Below, piece by piece: positions 50,101 through 64,000 of a stretch of 64,000 nucleotides of DNA (positions are counted from its first letter, which is position 1; each line of letters opens with the position of its first letter). This DNA comes from Laetmonice hystrix (Eukaryota). The stretch covers positions 22,630,001 to 22,694,000 of the forward strand of contig OZ249438.1 of the NCBI GenBank assembly GCA_965235115.1, written 5' to 3'. Under the pieces are notes generated by a model. That model ran no database searches. It was not told the DNA's origin and saw only the letters and a list, made by a program, of their open reading frames with translations. A program made the position numbers and the translations under genes.

Positions 50101-53100
50101 TCATTAACGATCTTCATTACCTGATTCCACACGGACAGGGTAAGGAAGGGTAATCTGTCTCGTTACCCCCTGTGCCACCCTCCACCCCTTGCTGCTAACG
50201 AACCCTGAACACTCTCAGCTACCCTGGATCATACACCTGTTGCGAACAACCTTGATTAGTGACGGCCGCGACATGACTGGCCATCAAAGAGCAGCGCGTC
50301 CCTAACAACTGCTGGCAGTGACGACTGAGCCCAGAACAGAACCCTCTCACGGTGGGGTGGGGTGGGAGTGGGTGGGGTGGGGGGCTCTGTGGTCCCTCCA
50401 TTTAGTCCAGTATCATCACCTGACTGCGAGCTGCCTGTTCTGGCCCCCATTGTGTACGGCGAGACGACGGCGGAGGAGGCTGGGTCTAACAGCTCTCCTC
50501 GCCAAATAAAGTTACAATGACTGCTGACTGGCTGTTTTGCGCATCGTTACCTGGACAATAGAGGCAGAGTCCAACCAATTTCACGCCTTTGAGAAGTCTT
50601 TTAGCTGCTCGTGGTCATTTGTTACTGACCCTATGAATAAATACTCGACAAAAGGATGCGTATTGTTGGTGATCCTGTATGGATGGATCATTAGCGGAGT
50701 CGTCCTTTTCAGACAGGCTGCAGTCTGAAAGGACTGTCGTAATTAAAGTTCATACATTGATTTCGCTGCAGACCAAACTTGTTGCTGTACCAGCCACAGC
50801 CTATCCATGTATGGAATGAGACGTCAGTCGCATACACGTCACATCAAGATATTCTGAGTTTAGTTTTCAATATTATTAGCATACACTGATGTAGAAATAT
50901 AACATACTTTGCGAATGACTGCCTACAATAGGCTCAACGCTAGAATAACATATATGAAATATGGCGTTCCTACCTTGCATTACAGCATTAAGGAATGTGA
51001 CAATGACCTGAGTTCAAAGGGTCAGCTAATGACGATTATTTGAAGTGGTGTTGAATAACAAAAGTCTGATTCGGTGTTTTGTGGCGGGCTTCAGTGAGCA
51101 ACAGATACCACCATTAGCGGCGCGCATAGCTGTTTTGGTCACGTGGGTCGCTGTCTAAAATTGCCGGCTCATTTTGTGACCCATCGTATGCAAGGGGCGC
51201 ATTTACAGATACTCACTGGTCAAAATCTTTGCTATTCGGATCCCATTTCTGATGTAAACAAACTGGAAAACGTGGAATATCAACAGAGAGGGGAAAAGAT
51301 AGGGGTAAAAACCCGCGTTTTTAGTTAACGCTTTGCTGCAGCGCGCGGTCTTCTGACAAGTAGGCTAACGGCTAAAGACGTGACTCTCAAACGCACGAGC
51401 ACTCTGTCGCCAGGCTTAAAAAATCTACAATATATGATGGTGAATCTTTCACAAGAGTAAACATGGCTTGGAGATGTAAGTGGTTAAGACGAATCATCCC
51501 TTATAGCTTCGATAACCCGGGTGTATCACAAATAGTCCTTGTGTTATAGCACAGAAAAAGGATCATGCCTTGCACACAGGTATGCAAACAGCAAAGTGCT
51601 GCATGTTTTATATATGAACCTACACAGGGTAGGAAGAAAATCGGCTGGCATTTGTTTGCTGAACTGTGAATAGAGCACTGGGGGTATCTTGTTTCAAATT
51701 TGATCAATATTCAGAGATCAAATTACCAACTTTTTCATGGCATCGCTTATGTGCTTCTGGTAGGCTTTAGCGCCTTGATATTGGATAGTATGAATGGGGT
51801 AGGAGAAGTGAGGAGAAGTAGGTCAGGATAAGGCAACCAGACGACTGTACAGGAGGCAAGCTAACCTCGAGACCTGTCTTAACCAATCTACAGCCTGCCA
51901 TAGTTCGATTTCCCGTCCGGCACACCACCTACGGGTTACGGCTGGTCTTCTATACGGGTATCAGGTATCAGTGGCCCAGATGGCAGACAAAGTAAAGGTA
52001 TTTAAAGGCTATAGTGTAAAGCGAAGTAGGAGGTCAGATGGGGGCTTGAAGGATGCGGAGGAGAGGGAGCTGACGGGAGGGAGGCTGGAGACTAAGCGGG
52101 ATACGTTGGGTGCGGAGGCTGGCTTGGCGCCTTGCTTCCCAAAATAAACATGACCGACTAGCCGGACGTTGACGCGACATCAACAGCAGCCATGTCGGCT
52201 ACATTCTAACCTTCCTTCACCAACGCACCTTCTTCTTTCTCAATTCGAGTTCACTTTGTGAACGGGAGAAAGTTCGCACTCGCCATCCATTATAATAAGC
52301 ACACTCTATGATGGTGGCGGAGGCCCAGCCGGGCACCCTCCATCTCATTTCCCGTCGATATGTCATATAAAGGTGTTGTTACACACGGCCATGCAGACAA
52401 AGTTAGGCAGTAAGCTACCCACCATCTCCATCTGTACTATCGGCTTCATCACTTCCCAGCATCATCGGCCCTTCTTCCTGCTCCAGCCCGGCGACGAATT
52501 ATTCCCAAAGCCAACAAGCGCTAATAGCGCTGAATCGCTAGTTCAAATATTTAAATGGTTTTACGTCGGCGTTGGTGGTAAGCTAACAGCGAAGCGGGAC
52601 GGACTTCCTAAGTTGGTGGATGCGTACACGACGAGGGCAGGGAGAGGGGTTGCTGCATGTGCGAAATGCAGTCGGCGCTGCTTGTTGATGAATGGCGTAT
52701 CGGATGTCACTTAATGGCCGCCGTTCGCTATCCGAGCCCCGCGCTCAACATTCGAGAACAGCCGCACGCTCAGCCTTGACCTCAAAACCAGACCACCGGT
52801 CTCTCTCTCCTCTCACTCTCTCTCTCAGCCCCGAGAAAACGGGCACTCACTCCTGGCGGATTAACACTGAACATATCTTCTCTCGGACGGGTTGAAATAA
52901 AACGTGATTTCTAGCTGGGCAGTATTGATTGTGGGCAATACTATAAATGTTTCACTGCCGAATAAATCGCGCATCATGGTAAAATGGATTTTTTTTTAAA
53001 TCCGGGAAAGCCGTTTGAAGAGCCGTTATGGCGCCAATAGAGATGTTTCTGTAGTTTACCCGTGCACTTGTTCCAAGGTGGACGAGTATTTGTACTGTGT

Positions 53101-56100
53101 GAAAGCACAATGTATAGAGAGTTGACCCGCCGTTCTGTGTACGCCAAGTTACCTCCGCATACACGAGTTTTCACGCTTAAATAGCTCCCGTCGAGATAGA
53201 TCAGAAACAAGTTTTCCTTACATAAAACTAGCGCAACAACTTGTGTGGGGCACGCAGTAAGGTGTGCGCGGAGGGTTAAACGGGTTACGAACTCTGACCT
53301 CCGCGCAACATCTGCTACGGCTCCTACTAATATTTATATGATGAGACCTGAAAATCAGGCTGGCGAAATTTAATTTGGTCCTTGTCCCTCGTTTGTTGGT
53401 GCGATCAGATTGCCATTACGAGTCGGGTGGTCACGTAAACCGACGTGCCGACAGCGGAATAAAGCACGTTTGGGTATTGATTTATTCTGTTGTCTTAATT
53501 CGCTATGGTCTCTAGGGGGTAAACGAGAGTGGATCTCTGATTCATTGCTTGTCCAGTCAGTGACAAGGACAGTGTGGGAAAAACAAGCGACATGTCGGGG
53601 TGGGGGAGGGGTAGGGGGGTAGGGGCGGGTTTGAATCTACCGGCCCATTTTGCCCTAGGGGTTCTCATTGACCCGCTGGCCCCAGTGTTTCCCGGCTACC
53701 CCCTCCAAAACCCTCGACATAGCCGAAATGTGTTGTCCTAAATCGACGTGAGGCCGTTGGTTTCGCAGACCCAGTGGTAAGTGCCCCATCGTATCGAATG
53801 TTGATGGCATATGTTTCAGCTAATAAAACGAAACCCGACACCGCCAGAAATGGGGGCTCTGCCTGTCGAGCAAAGAAAGGGCGGCATCGACGGACCCTGC
53901 AATCAATGGCAGCTGAAAGCACATCTCCTTCGGTGAGAAATGATCAGTTGAGATAATTCTGATTATTTGGGAACTTCTTACCCTGAGTCTCAGCCCTGCA
54001 GACTGAACGTTTTGGCATTAGGGGGGAAGGCGAAGGTGTGCCCGACTATAAGGGCTGACCCATTTCCTTGCCTCCAAAACCAAAAGCCTATAATTTGACT
54101 AAACTTCTCTGACAGTTATAATATCCTGGCCGACACGGTGTGGCCTGGCGCCACGCGTTCTTTTCATTTCGCGCCCCTCCATTGAAAAGGTCGGAAACGT
54201 GGTAATTTTCTCAATACCGACTCCGGCGCTGCTGTACACAGCCCTTCGTGACGCCGCCGCTGACGGAGGTGACGTTTGCGTAATTATAATCTTGGGTTGC
54301 GGTCGGTGGCTGGGTGTTTGAGTCGTGTCGCCGTGTCTCACGTCCACACGGAGGAAACCACAATATGCTGAGACCAAGCATGGCGCTATGTGAACACCAT
54401 GGAGGGCGCATTGTGTTAAACGTCGGCCCTACATGTGTATACTTGTATACTTATCACCTACTTGACATGTAGACTTACTGCTAAAACACCTAGCCGTGTT
54501 TGACTATAGCTTTGACATGAAACCTCTAAGCGTTCCCACACATGTATTATTTTTTCCCCTTTCCTTCCTGGGATGGCATTCTGTCGGGTTTAACCCCTCC
54601 CCTCGACCGCCCCCTCCATTCCAAGGCCCTACCCTGTTGGGTGTGGTGGGACCGACGAAAGCCAAGACTAGCGGGCACCAATCGCTGACCCGGTAGGCGC
54701 GAGTGGTATTAGAGGGGACCATGTGTTTAGTGATCGTTGTTTGTCCATGCTCACTTTACAAGGGCCAAGCTATTATGCCCTTTAAAGCCGTCTCTCTGAG
54801 AGTCGTACCCATCCAAGGTCTTCAGACGGCTTAAGATGCCTTTAGAATACATATATACCTGAAACCTTTTGTCAAAGTGCCGATATGCTTGTTCTGTTTT
54901 GATAGCTGTTGTGTTCTGTGACTGTGAATAGCAATCTTTGCTTAACAGCGCCGTCTTGCTTGAGGAGAGGGCCGGACTGCTAAAGCCAACAAGGGTCGAG
55001 CCGGCCAGCAGCTATTGCCCTTTTGGCAGGCGCCATTCGCCGCAGGTCTTCAGACCTCGAGTGGTTACATTCAGCAACCCATCGAATAAACATATGTGAT
55101 TTCAGCCTCAATTGTTGAGGATAATGGTTGTAACATCGACTCCTGGAGATTCCTCTCTAAGACGCCAGGTGTAGCCGGCCATTGACGCCCACCCACCGCC
55201 CATAGACACCCAGCGAGCTTGTGGTTTGTATGCATGCCAAGCACCGATTTCACAATCGATGCCCCTCAAAAGTTACCACTCTTTTAAAGGTTCGGCACCC
55301 AGCCACTGCCAGCCATCAGTCAGCGTCGGTGGGCGGTAAAGAGGCGCGTTATGAGATTTGTATGAGCTCCGAGAACGGAAAGGGTTTTAGCGGGGGGGGG
55401 GGGAGAAGGAAGGGGGTGGGGTGTTCTTGATTATCGAACCCCTCTTTAAGCAGACCGGCCGGGGTTGTTCGCACGCTCGCCATATAAATGGTCAGTGGAG
55501 CGATCAGTGAGAGACAATCACTTCTTGGCGGCCACATTGAGCGGGGTCCGGGTTTTTCTGACGTTTACCTGGGTCGATAGGGGTTCGTCCCCACCGCGTT
55601 CACTGACAGGGCACAGTGTGTGGGACCTGAACAGAAGGGCTCCACTCGACCCTTTGTTTCCGACAGCCGTCAAACACGTCACTTGTAGACACAACCCCGC
55701 GCTCGTCCCAGACAAAGCCAAATGCACTAATTCATAGCACTCCCCGCAGCCGTGAACACTGCCGAGAGAAAAAGTCTTTGGTGATCGATCGATAATCGTC
55801 TATTTTTCATATATTGACATCGCTGTGGATGTTTGAGCCGATGTAAACTCTCGGCAGGCGTCTCGCATGAATGCAGCTGGCGCGAGGAGGCGTGAGACAC
55901 ACAATTGTTGGAGCGTGACAAACCCTATGCCTGAGGAGAACCATAACAAGTTCTTAATTGGTAATTAGGTTCCTAACACGTGTTCTTTTTACAATAGGAT
56001 CAAGTGGTAAATGTGAAGGAGTATCTCCCCAGGCAGTCCTAACCATTTATATCCACCTCCTAACTATTGATTGACAAGTTTCCGTCCGCAATTAACGTTG

Positions 56101-58014
56101 ATCTACTGGTACCTTACGATCTGTTTCCCAAGTCATTATCTCTACAACTGCCTGATACTGATCTTCATATTTTCCTGCACGAGGTGAACCGCATGAACTG
56201 TTCACTATATACGTATGGCAATCAGAGACAATGTGTGACTCAATGACCTCTATAGAGATAAACCGATAAATTTAACGCGATTTTCCAACCTTCTTGCCGG
56301 CTCATCCGAGCGACAGGAGGCCATCGTGATTTGTACTGGCGCTTAATCCATTTGATTTTTCCGTAAATAAGGTCTGGCGGGAGTAACTGGTCATGATAGG
56401 GCGCAAATAGAATCTGTGGCCTCGTGAACGGTGCTGTCACACCGGGGCCTCGACAGGCCTGGCGTCGACGATGTGAATCAATACACACTGACGGCTTTCC
56501 CAATTACATTTCACACAGGGTCTCGCGATTGAAGGACTTCCTTCAAGACACCCAATCCAACTAACACCCCGTCTTTCAGCTTCATACTTTCAAAGGTTAC
56601 GTTGGTGTTTTTGCCCAGAAAAAGTTCTGTGTGTATTCACAGTGATTATAGGTTCTCTTTGATAAGACAGACCGGTGCCAAAAGTAGGCCACTCCTGATA
56701 CTAATCACCACAGCGCCGGATGCTGCTGGATTCATACTGAGACAACATGCTAGGTTGGCGAGTTTTAGCACTTTGCTTTTAGGCTTCAGGATGTTGTGCG
56801 GTGCTGCCACAACCAAGCCGGTGCTTTCTCTGTATTATAAATCCTAATCGCTTCCTATTCCGTAGAATCCCCTCAGGGGTGCAGGCGGTTTGTTCTCGGC
56901 TTCAGGGCACGTGTTCGTGACTTTACGCGAGACTGCGGGAGCCTTCTGTCTATTAAGCATGCGCAGATTGTCGTGATCACTTGGCAGGAAATTGGCTTCA
57001 GGGATTTGTTAGTTGCTCCGGTGCTAACACTTCTTAGTTTTTCTTGGACCCAAACCGATTACGCTTTGATTGCCGTGCCGTCGAGAGCTCCGTTAATAGG
57101 CTTGGAGGTAAATAACCGGATTGGACCGAGCTCCCGCCACTTGGGAAGACTTGTGTCGTCACACATTCCGGATGTTGGCGTTCCTCTCCTTCCAAATGGA
57201 GATCTTCTGGCTGATAACAACGGCAAGCATGTAGGAGATCATGAGCTCTTTCCACCAACTACAAATTTATGAGAAACGACTACAGTTTGTAGTGCCCTAT
57301 TACGGTATAACTGCCGGCCGACTAAACAAACTCTTATACGGTACAGCGAACTCCATGGCCAAGGTCAGGTCGCTGGCATCCCACACTCATAATTGCCATT
57401 TTAAAGAATAATACGAAAGAGATTGATGGGCCCAGGACTTTGGGTTATTTACGCCCACATTGCCGAGCTGTTCTCTTAAACTGCTGCAAGAGAGTTGTTT
57501 TTTATCAAGTGCCGATCAGTCCTACCCAGAAGCGAGGCGCATCATTATGGACGGAGAGTTTGGTGGGGACAAGATAGTGAGAGATAGCGCTGACACTGAC
57601 GACCAACGAGGCGGCTCGGAGGCGTCCTACAGACGGGCAATTACTCGCACCCGACGGGCTGTGTGCAGCAAACCTGCGCTTCCATTCTCCCTGGCCAGCC
57701 CGTCGATACTCGTGTCAATCCTGGGGTTAATTCAATCAGAACCGCTGGTTTATTATGTCGAAATCCTCGGAATAACACACGAGTCCCGCATGACAAGGCG
57801 AGACCCACGTGTCAACATTCACCATGGACCTTCATGACGTAACTAATTGTACGAGTGAATCGACCCACACAGCGCCATCTACAATTGACACGCTGTGTCA
57901 CAAAATGCACATTCCATTTGCCCCAACTGCATATTGACGTGCTTCTTACTTGACACGCTTAACCCCCCAACATATTGGAGTTTTGACCCGAATATTTTCC
58001 CCCACGACTCTTTC

Positions 58015-58338
58015 NNNNNNNNNNNNNNNNNNNNNNNNNNNNNNNNNNNNNNNNNNNNNNNNNNNNNNNNNNNNNNNNNNNNNNNNNNNNNNNNNNNNNN
58101 NNNNNNNNNNNNNNNNNNNNNNNNNNNNNNNNNNNNNNNNNNNNNNNNNNNNNNNNNNNNNNNNNNNNNNNNNNNNNNNNNNNNNNNNNNNNNNNNNNNN
58201 NNNNNNNNNNNNNNNNNNNNNNNNNNNNNNNNNNNNNNNNNNNNNNNNNNNNNNNNNNNNNNNNNNNNNNNNNNNNNNNNNNNNNNNNNNNNNNNNNNNN
58301 NNNNNNNNNNNNNNNNNNNNNNNNNNNNNNNNNNNNNN
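58015..58338. other. Assembly gap (324 N)
   Basis: Run of N in the sequence. Confidence 1.
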
Positions 58339-61300
58339 AAACAATCACTTCTGCACGTCATGGCCCGAGGCCAGTTTGTGACGCTCCGCCAGGCAGTAAT
58401 TTCCGGCCACCAACAAGACTTCTCATACAATCCTGGTTTATGAACGATATCCACCTGTAAATAGTGATCGCATTTTTTCACCTTTATGATGGCGAGGGTA
58501 CCCGAACCAGTGACATGGCTCGTTGATTATACACATATCGAGGTTCTCACGTGTTAGGCTGGAGGCGATAGTCGGTACTCTTTAATTCAACAGCGACCGT
58601 CTGTAAGATAAATGGTAGACAAAACGTCTCGTCGTCAATGACACAGCACTGAGAAATAATGACCATTGGCCCCATCTCGTACTCATAGATCATCGACCGT
58701 ACAATGACTAGGGGCAGTTGTGCGAATGACGACTTGATGTTGTATACAACCATTACGGGCAACATCACAACATGACCGGCGGCCGTCAGGCCAATACATC
58801 ATAACCATATGTTTCACCAGCTCTGGTGTTCTGGTTATGGCCTGCCGACAGTTAGGGGTGAAGGCCCTACTCGTAAAACATAGTAGGATCGAGAAGGAAA
58901 GAGGAAACCTCAATTGAGATGGATTTCTCCGGGTAACGTTTTTAGACATTTCTCTCATGAATCTCACTAAAGGTTATATTTTAGGGGGTCGTCGGGTCGT
59001 TAACACATAGCTGTTAAAGGGGACTCGGTTTCAAAATAAAGTGAAAACGTACAATTTTCTTTTTATAATGTACCTAAAATGTGATACATAAGTCATTTAC
59101 CACATATCAGTTATGCAAATAGTGCAGGTAACAATAGGCTTGGGAGAAAAACTCCTATGTATCAGAAAATAAAGATTTAGCCCTGACTTGTGTATGGGAT
59201 CAATTATGATTCTTTATAGAAGACAGTGATATGACAGGGCATACCTTAGAGGAATACATGACCAGCAGCAGCCCACCTACCACCCACTTGTGTCAAATCA
59301 GGTTTGTTAAAACTAAACTGGAAATTATATTAACTATTCGTGTACAAATTATATTCTCCCGATTCTACAACGCCTGCTTACCATGGTGCATTCAATCATG
59401 ATACATTCACGAGTGCATGATGCGGGGATGGTCAGTCCAGAGCTGTCGAACTCATGTCTTGTTTGGAGTTGACGGAATTTGTTATGTGTGCCATGTCAGT
59501 GTGAACAAGTGAAATAGATGTGCTCTATCAAAAAGGAGGGATACAGCAGGGCAAATTAAGGCATTGTGCCCCTCCACCTTTTTATGTGACGGATGAAAGG
59601 ATGGTCCTTTGCCTATAGTATCCCTCCTGCGTTGTCTTATCAGCCCACACATGTATTGGTCACGCATGGCAGGTAGAGGTTTTATTCTGTGCCAGATATA
59701 ACGAGCACCTTAAGGTTCAACTAAGTTACCTTCTTTTCAGCGGTTTTACCAAAAACAGACGAGACGTCACTTGTGGCTATATACCTGTCGTCTTCCAGAC
59801 TAAAGAAGCCCGTGTCTTGGCGCCTTTTTCTCACTGTTAGTTAACTACTCCAGACAGGGTGCCCAGCAGGCGGGGCCTAACTCGGCGTCCCTTCTGGGCA
59901 TCTTAAAATTGCCTTAAACGTGCTGATTCAAATTTCCCCCGCTAGGGTCGTGACGCAATGTTGGCGACGTTGGATGGGGTGGGCGTGTGCCCTGGTAACG
60001 TCAGAATCTACACTGCCAGCAGGGCTCCGTGTGTGGGCACTGCCAATGATTTCAACATGGGAGAATTGAAGCACGCATCGTTTGAGCAGCTCGCATCAAT
60101 CATGGCCTTTCGACTCGAAATCAACGTCGTAAGACAGGCGCTTGATGCGGCTTGACAGGCAGCGTTTTTGAGATACAGCCTTGGAAATGTTAGACAGTGA
60201 AAGGCGGATCTAGGGTCGAGGTGTCCCTATCAGGTCTGGTGTGGCCTATCATACAATCGTGCTATCGTTATGTCAGTGACACGGCCTGACTCCCTAGCAC
60301 GGGGGGGAGGGGTAAAAAAAAGTCCCAACATGACCTGTCCCCCTGGCCTGAGGAGTACGGGACAGCCGTAGCATTATTAATGGAGGGGGCACCGACCGCC
60401 ATGGAGTATAGGATTTCCAAGGTGACCATAAGGTGGTTGGAGGCGGGTAGGGGGTTGTGAAGACAGCATGTGGACGGGAGCTGTCGATGAGGGTGGTCCG
60501 GGCTCGGTGGAATCAGGCCGGTAAACTTGCAGGCCGAGCAGGGCCGGGGAAGGCGGCGGTCACCCGCAGTGCCCGCTGATTAAGGCCGCGTCGTCCGATC
60601 TCATCGACCGTCTCCCTCACCCACCCTGCCCCATTAGTTGTCCGGTTTGACGCGTTCATATTGCCTGTCATATTCTAAACGCCAGCAAACTCCATGGTCT
60701 TCTCTGGCCCGCCGGTCTTCACCTCTCACACACCGGACCATTCCACGATGGGGTTATGTTACTAAACATGTTCGCGGCAGACTCCGCCCATGTGGCTGTG
60801 TCCGGCCGTGTCTGGTAGGAACCTCGAGAGTGGCAATCCATGCACCTAGCCCCGCCCGGCACCGACAAGACAAATTTAATTCGCCATATATTGTCACCTA
60901 ACGTGGGATGACATGACTGTGTGCGTGGACATGAGACACGCGGCGACACTAAGGCTAGTAGCACACTAATTGATATCGTATATAATCTCTACCAATAGAG
61001 CCATTCCACCAGAGTATATACGGAGACAAGTGGACGTGCCTGTCTAAATATCACGTTCAATCATAACTCGACAACCATGAACATGGGAGGCGGGGGGGGG
61101 GGGGGTTCGGACTCGGAGTAAACTAAGACAAATGGATTACTTTAGGTAAAACCTGTTTACTATAATGATATCAAGATAAACATCCTGGGAATCAGATACA
61201 AATTCTCAAGTGCAATCTATATGGAGTGAAGTGCAATAAGACAATACACTATCCTAGATCTCTATATACTCGCTGTATCATTTCCTCCCAATATAAGTAT

Positions 61301-64000
61301 GGTACATTATGGTATACCGGTGTAGTATACCCTAAGCATGGTACGACTGCCAATGGTAGAGTAATATACAACATTGTGTCTTGAATAGTCTCAGATTTCC
61401 GCCGACCTGTAAGATAATTACAGTTCATCCACACTATAATCACGACAACCAACCACCAACTGATGGCGCGTCTGTCTGCATAGCGCGTAACGTTGGGATC
61501 CAACGTCAGGTGGACGGCCGGTAACGCCCACGTCAGGTCTCACCTGTGATCGACCTGCCACCTATGAGATTATCTATGAGTGACGATGTCTGTCTACTAA
61601 CCATTAACAACCAGCTCAAAGGGTAAATAGAAAACCTCCAAGGGTTGACGGGGTCGGAAAGCCTGGAGACATATAGACGTGAAAACTAACAACTATTCAC
61701 AATCTCTTCACTCAATGGGCATAATTCACGGATATAATATTATCATTATTACACGGGTATAATACATCATTATTATACGGACATTAAATTCAATTCAATG
61801 CGGATGTTTTAACTTAAATTGGTCACTGATTGTGAGGATTTTTAAGCAGGCCTATACGAATTAATCTGAACGTATTTGATAGCGTTATGGAGACAAACAC
61901 AGGCAGCATTGAGATCTACTTGGATTAATTAGCCTTAGGCTATTTTAATTACGATGTGATGAAGGTCATATTTCTCCTATAAATAAACAACTGACTTGGT
62001 TGTATATCATGATGTTTTAGTACCAATAATACACACCGCGGATTGTAGATCGCCGCATTACTAGGTTTGTAGAGTTCATTATCATTTTGAAAAGCTCAAC
62101 ACTAATTTCCATGGTATTATTTATTTATTTATACACTGGTGCGACTGCAAGTATTAGTTACAAATACAGAAACCCCCTCCAAACATGAGTGTCAATTTAC
62201 ATGTTCTCAAATATACGTTGTGGCAAGGGACACCAAAATAAGTTCCTTTTTTATTGGATCGGCGATGGGAACATAAAACCGTTTTGGAAATTGTGTAATA
62301 CGTTGCACTATTAATGTCGAATGAAGGATAGAAATGTAATGGTATATTTTCAATTTGCCACATGCGAATCAATAACGTTCTTTCTCAAGGTCAAACTGCT
62401 CAAAATCAACAATTAAAAGCGGATCTAGAACAGAACAAATTCAGAGGGAAAGTTAAAAACTAACCCAGCAACCCGCGGGATATATATGTTGAAAACACAC
62501 TGGTGCGAACTACCAAACGTACGGAGGATCACATATGAAAATAGTCTCTAGCGTTGAGCTGGAGACAATGATATCGTTATGTTGTTGACTGTCAACAAAT
62601 GCGCGCCGCTGTCGTCTGCTGATGATATCGTGTCGTCTGCCTCGCCTGCGTCCTGACGCCTCCCGCTCGTCACGTGTTAACACATGATTACCCATTCTAA
62701 TCATGTGGCGTGTGCTCAATTACCGCCCCCAAAAATTAATTAAGTCCTTGACAAAATGATCATTAGCGAATCATCCTTTTATTGTAAAGCAGGGGAAACG
62801 CGGTCAGATAGGAAAACAAAGGGTAATACGTGATGCACCGCCAGGGGGCAGTGTCTGCGAGTTATTAGCAATTTGTGCAAAAACCTCGATCTAATGTCGT
62901 AAACCCTGCATCCATATTCGCTGACATTATATTCTCATAAATCCCAAGAGACTGAATATATATAACATTATTATACATTATAGTTCCTATGTTTTAATAT
63001 CAGGCTTTGTGTCTTGGCAATGTCTCATCAAAATAAAACATATCTTATATCTCCATCTCTTATAGTCTATACATATACATTAGATATAACTTCTTTCAAA
63101 ATGAAATAAAGCGATCATGGCAGAATGTTACATTTTCAAATTTCTACCAAATATAAATCCGTGACCCTGCTAGATTATAGCCTACTGAAGATTCCCTATC
63201 TGAAACCTGTCTTTGTGTACATCATTGTATATGCTATAAGCCATATATATATGACCGTTCAGCCAGTAATTCGCACGGTTGCGGCCAGGGGGCGTGACCT
63301 ACGTAGACTGCCACTGTCGGCCTCAGGCTTTCTGCGACAACTGCCTTTACATTCACCTTTCCCCACATATCTATAGGCCTACAGAAGATATATTTATACT
63401 TATTTGATATCTTATCGGAAATTAGATTATACGTGTTCTCGCTCATTTATATTGGATGTATTTGACAGTCGATCATAACACAAACTTAGATTATTGGATG
63501 CCTACATATTTCACAGTTAAAAAACGGTCTATACTGATATGTGGTCTGTCTTAGTTATGAAAGGCAAACTTTCGAATGGTGTCTGATTGTTTTGACGCGC
63601 AATCTGAGAAAGTCGGAACTATGTAGTGGGCATGCTATCTAAGCGGAGGGCGGGTAAGGATAAACACATGACCATGGCACACTAGTGCTGAATATCTGCT
63701 CGGCATTTGAGAATAGCATGCCAAGTGTTGTATATATCTTTAACAAAAGTAAGATCAACAGCGGCCTTCACCAGCGGGCTCCACGCCACACGTTTACATG
63801 GGCCAGCAAAGAGCGATCCCTCCCTCCTCAACACGCAAGACCATCAAAGGACCCAACTGGGGTTAAGAAAATGTGTAAACGAATTGCACTAAGTTATCAA
63901 GCAAACACAAGTGGTGGATGATAGTTTACCCTCAAACGCACGGTATACATACAAATCACCCAACGAGGCAAATTACAATGCAGGCGCAATTCCCCGCACC

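Noticed and set aside
48654-51985. Lone A-box-like words (TGGCTCAGTGA at about 48655, TGGCCCAGATGG at about 51972) and GTTCGATTTCCC at 51903
   Set aside because: No correctly ordered and spaced A+B box pair.
57150-57265. Minus-strand ISIWKERNANI, resembling the C-terminal IWxERN motif of L1/Tx1 ORF2
   Set aside because: The frame is only about 36 codons between stops, with no adjacent zinc-knuckle or RT similarity.
59014-59250. Kolobok-like MITE start (TTAA-AGGGGAC...)
   Set aside because: No matching inverted terminus (...CCT-TTAA) found downstream.

Overview
Eukaryotic (metazoan, probably invertebrate bilaterian) genomic DNA with two N-gaps. The only protein-coding gene I can support is a two-exon Six1/2 (sine oculis class) homeobox gene on the minus strand: exon 1 about 46837-46212 (Six domain plus K50 homeodomain with the ETSY signature), a 7.5-kb phase-2 intron, and exon 2 38722-38377. 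Roughly a fifth of the window is tandem repeat (a dozen unrelated arrays), all 3' of exon 1; the 17 kb upstream has none. The most striking element is an array of ten apparently identical 334-bp units inside the Six1/2 intron. Each unit carries a tRNA-like Pol III module (A box, B box, T4 terminator) antisense to the gene, and the array is spliced into a 34-bp minisatellite through 3-nt microhomologies. A 78-bp minisatellite about 5 kb downstream resembles a degenerate tRNA-Leu. Two minisatellites contain TA-GGC(C)-TA insertions that look like DNA-transposon excision footprints. The long ORFs in the track, other than Six1/2, are repeat or gap artefacts. All alignments and counts were done by eye.
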